A DNA stretch of 64,000 nucleotides, taken from NCBI GenBank assembly GCA_964187785.1, contig OZ076413.1, positions 47,370,001-47,434,000 of the forward strand, given 5' to 3'. Below, piece by piece: positions 61,890 through 64,000 of the stretch. The position numbers and the translations under genes are program-made. Positions within the stretch are counted from its first letter, which is position 1, and the number at the start of each line of letters is the position of its first letter. The stretch is from Amphiscolops sp. MND2022 (Eukaryota). The notes under the pieces were generated by a model. It ran no database searches and was not told the origin of the DNA. It worked only from the letters and a program-made list of their open reading frames with translations.

Positions 61890-64000
61890 ACTTTTTTATT
61901 TCCATATGGAAAGGAAAACCCCTAAATCAGCCGCGTTTTATTTTCAAAATTTGCCATAATCCAATTTTATTGACCCATAGAATTCAACTGACGTCAAATT
62001 AGTTTCATGCGATATGTATTTGTAGAATATTTCGAGCGTCTCAGGTTAATCTCAAAGACCGCAGAAATCTTGTTTGTGGATCAGAACGTTAAAATCGGCC
62101 AACGACAATTAAATTTGTCGCCTGTTGGGCTTCTGCGGTAGGTAAGTGCAGTTTCGTAAACAAAATTGCCAAAAAATGAACGCAAGAAAGAAATTTTTTT
62201 TTTAGATTTAGACTTTTCAACGCAACTTTCCTTAATCATTCAAAGATTTAGTAATCACAAATTTGCAACAATTCAACAACCGATAAATCCGTTGTCCAGT
62301 AGGCATTGTTAAGAGATAAATGCAACTGTTTGATAGAAACATGCCCAAATTTGACCCCAGAAAAACCTGAGAAGTCCAACAATAACCAGTCTCTGTGGGT
62401 TTTCATGCAATTGGTATACATTTTTTTGAAACCATTTGTCGGTTAAAATGTTCAAAACATTCAAAGACGAACAAACTTGCTACTAATAGGGTTTTGCGAA
62501 AGGAAAACTGCACCGTTTTGAAATAAAGCACACTTTTGAATAACCCCAATGAGTCGGAAAAAAGAAAAACTCAAACTTAGTCATTCAACGTTTTTTACAA
62601 ACTTTGTGAAACTTCTAGAACTTCTCGAGAGATGCAATGTTAACAATGTTCATCAACGGTTCCAATCATAAAATCATAATCATGTTGGCCTCTGTGAAGT
62701 GATATTTGCATGTTTGAGTATGTAAAATGCCTCTAATTGTCCCGACAAAAAGTCGAACAGTTCGAACGTTTGACATTTTCACTGATCGTTTGCGAAAAGT
62801 TTTGTGACTTAGGCGGCTCGGAATGTTCAATGCGGTATATTAAGTTTTGCAATACATTTTCAAAAGAAAACTATATTTTTTTTAGGTAGAATCAGTCCTC
62901 AAATTGACCGACTTTCAAAAATCTAGATCTATAAATCTTTCGTCAGAATCGGGAAATGATATGAAAGTTTCATAAAATTTCGTTTGCTAAAACAATGAAA
63001 ACATTCATTAGCAAATAACTGCGTTATAGAGTAGGCTTTTTGAATTTGAGTTGCAATATTATATAAGAAAAAAGCATCAAAATGATTTCAGAATCGACAA
63101 AGAAATCCTTTGGCAGGATAATATTTTTGAAGCATTTTTCGAAACTTTTCCTGAGTTATATTAGTCGCCTTGTTCAAAAACGAATGAACTAAATATCTAT
63201 TAGGCTTTGTAGAAGACGTAGCAGCAGTTTCTTGGTAGAAAAAACCACAACCACAAAACTACCTAAAAACATATTTTTTGTCCAGGTAATTGATACAAAA
63301 GGTATATCAAAACGCTTTTCTCTCCGAGAAGACGCCGGACAACCTTCCACGCAAATACCACCAGAGTGTCAAACGTTTTCGATTAATCCAAATTTCTATG
63401 AGTTTTCCCTAGTTTTGGACATTTGTCGATGGTTTTCTCGTTTCAGAAAACTCAGCTGGCTCAGCATGTAGCAATCGGTACGCTTTTCAAAGAATAATTG
63501 GACAAATTGTCATCGAAAACGTTAAGATACTTTCTGACCGTCTTTGCCAAGTACTCCTCATGAGATCCGGAAGAAATAACTTGTTATGAAGTTTTTCTTT
63601 CAGAAGAAAAATTTGCAGTTTTCTAGGTAGAATAATAACCGTCGTTACACAATTTTTCTTGTTTTTTTTTAAACAATTTTGTGGGTTAAAATGGTGTAAA
63701 GGTTCAACAGTTGGTGTTTTGGAAATAATGTTTGCAGTGTCTTGTTCCGAAAGTTCTTCAAAATGACACGAAACCTGTTGAAAATGTCATCCGGTTCTAC
63801 AACAAAACAACTAGGTATTTAGTGTGTTCTTGAAGTAAGGTCTTTTTAAAAAGGGTTTGAAAATGGGATGACTTCAATCAAAATTTGTCAACACTCTCCT
63901 TCAAATTTCTATGCATTTTCAAAGTGCATTGGCTACTCTTGAGCCTCAAAATTTTACCGTTGCTAGAACAATTTGAACGTAGAATATCCTGCTGGTCAGC
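61890..64000. repeat. Second long copy of the 13410-15795 array-containing element
   Basis: Shared head GACCCATAGAATTCAACTGACGT, shared tail GCTACTCTTGAGCCTC...ATCCTGCT, and similar degenerate internal units. Confidence 0.6.

Overview
AT-rich eukaryotic DNA, probably an invertebrate animal (inference), made almost entirely of transposable elements; no confident host gene. The centrepiece is a young 16.0 kb Ty3/Gypsy LTR retrotransposon (32444-48479, minus strand) with 1731-bp near-identical LTRs, a perfect GGATC target-site duplication (TSD), and gag/pol joined by an A_AAA_AAC -1 frameshift site. Between pol and its 3' LTR it carries a divergent two-gene accessory cassette. One is an antisense five-exon gene (35900-40159, +; four GT-AG introns; 1293 aa spliced) encoding a BED-type zinc finger fused to an apparently catalytically dead hAT-transposase-like body. 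The other is a sense 256-aa ORF with a SIM-like/acidic motif and a Cys cluster that runs through the expected PPT position into the 3' LTR. Gag starts 586 bp inside the LTR, so both LTR ends are protein-coding. Also present: a Mag-like Gypsy element (19823-29344) with a 3.7 kb internal pol duplication; a composite LTR relic related to the large element (4082-7135); decayed Gypsy, Copia and Tc1 remnants; several MITEs with TSDs; dispersed elements with degenerate ~180-bp arrays; a decayed hammerhead-like motif; and local duplications. All protein-family calls come from reading motifs by eye, not from database searches.
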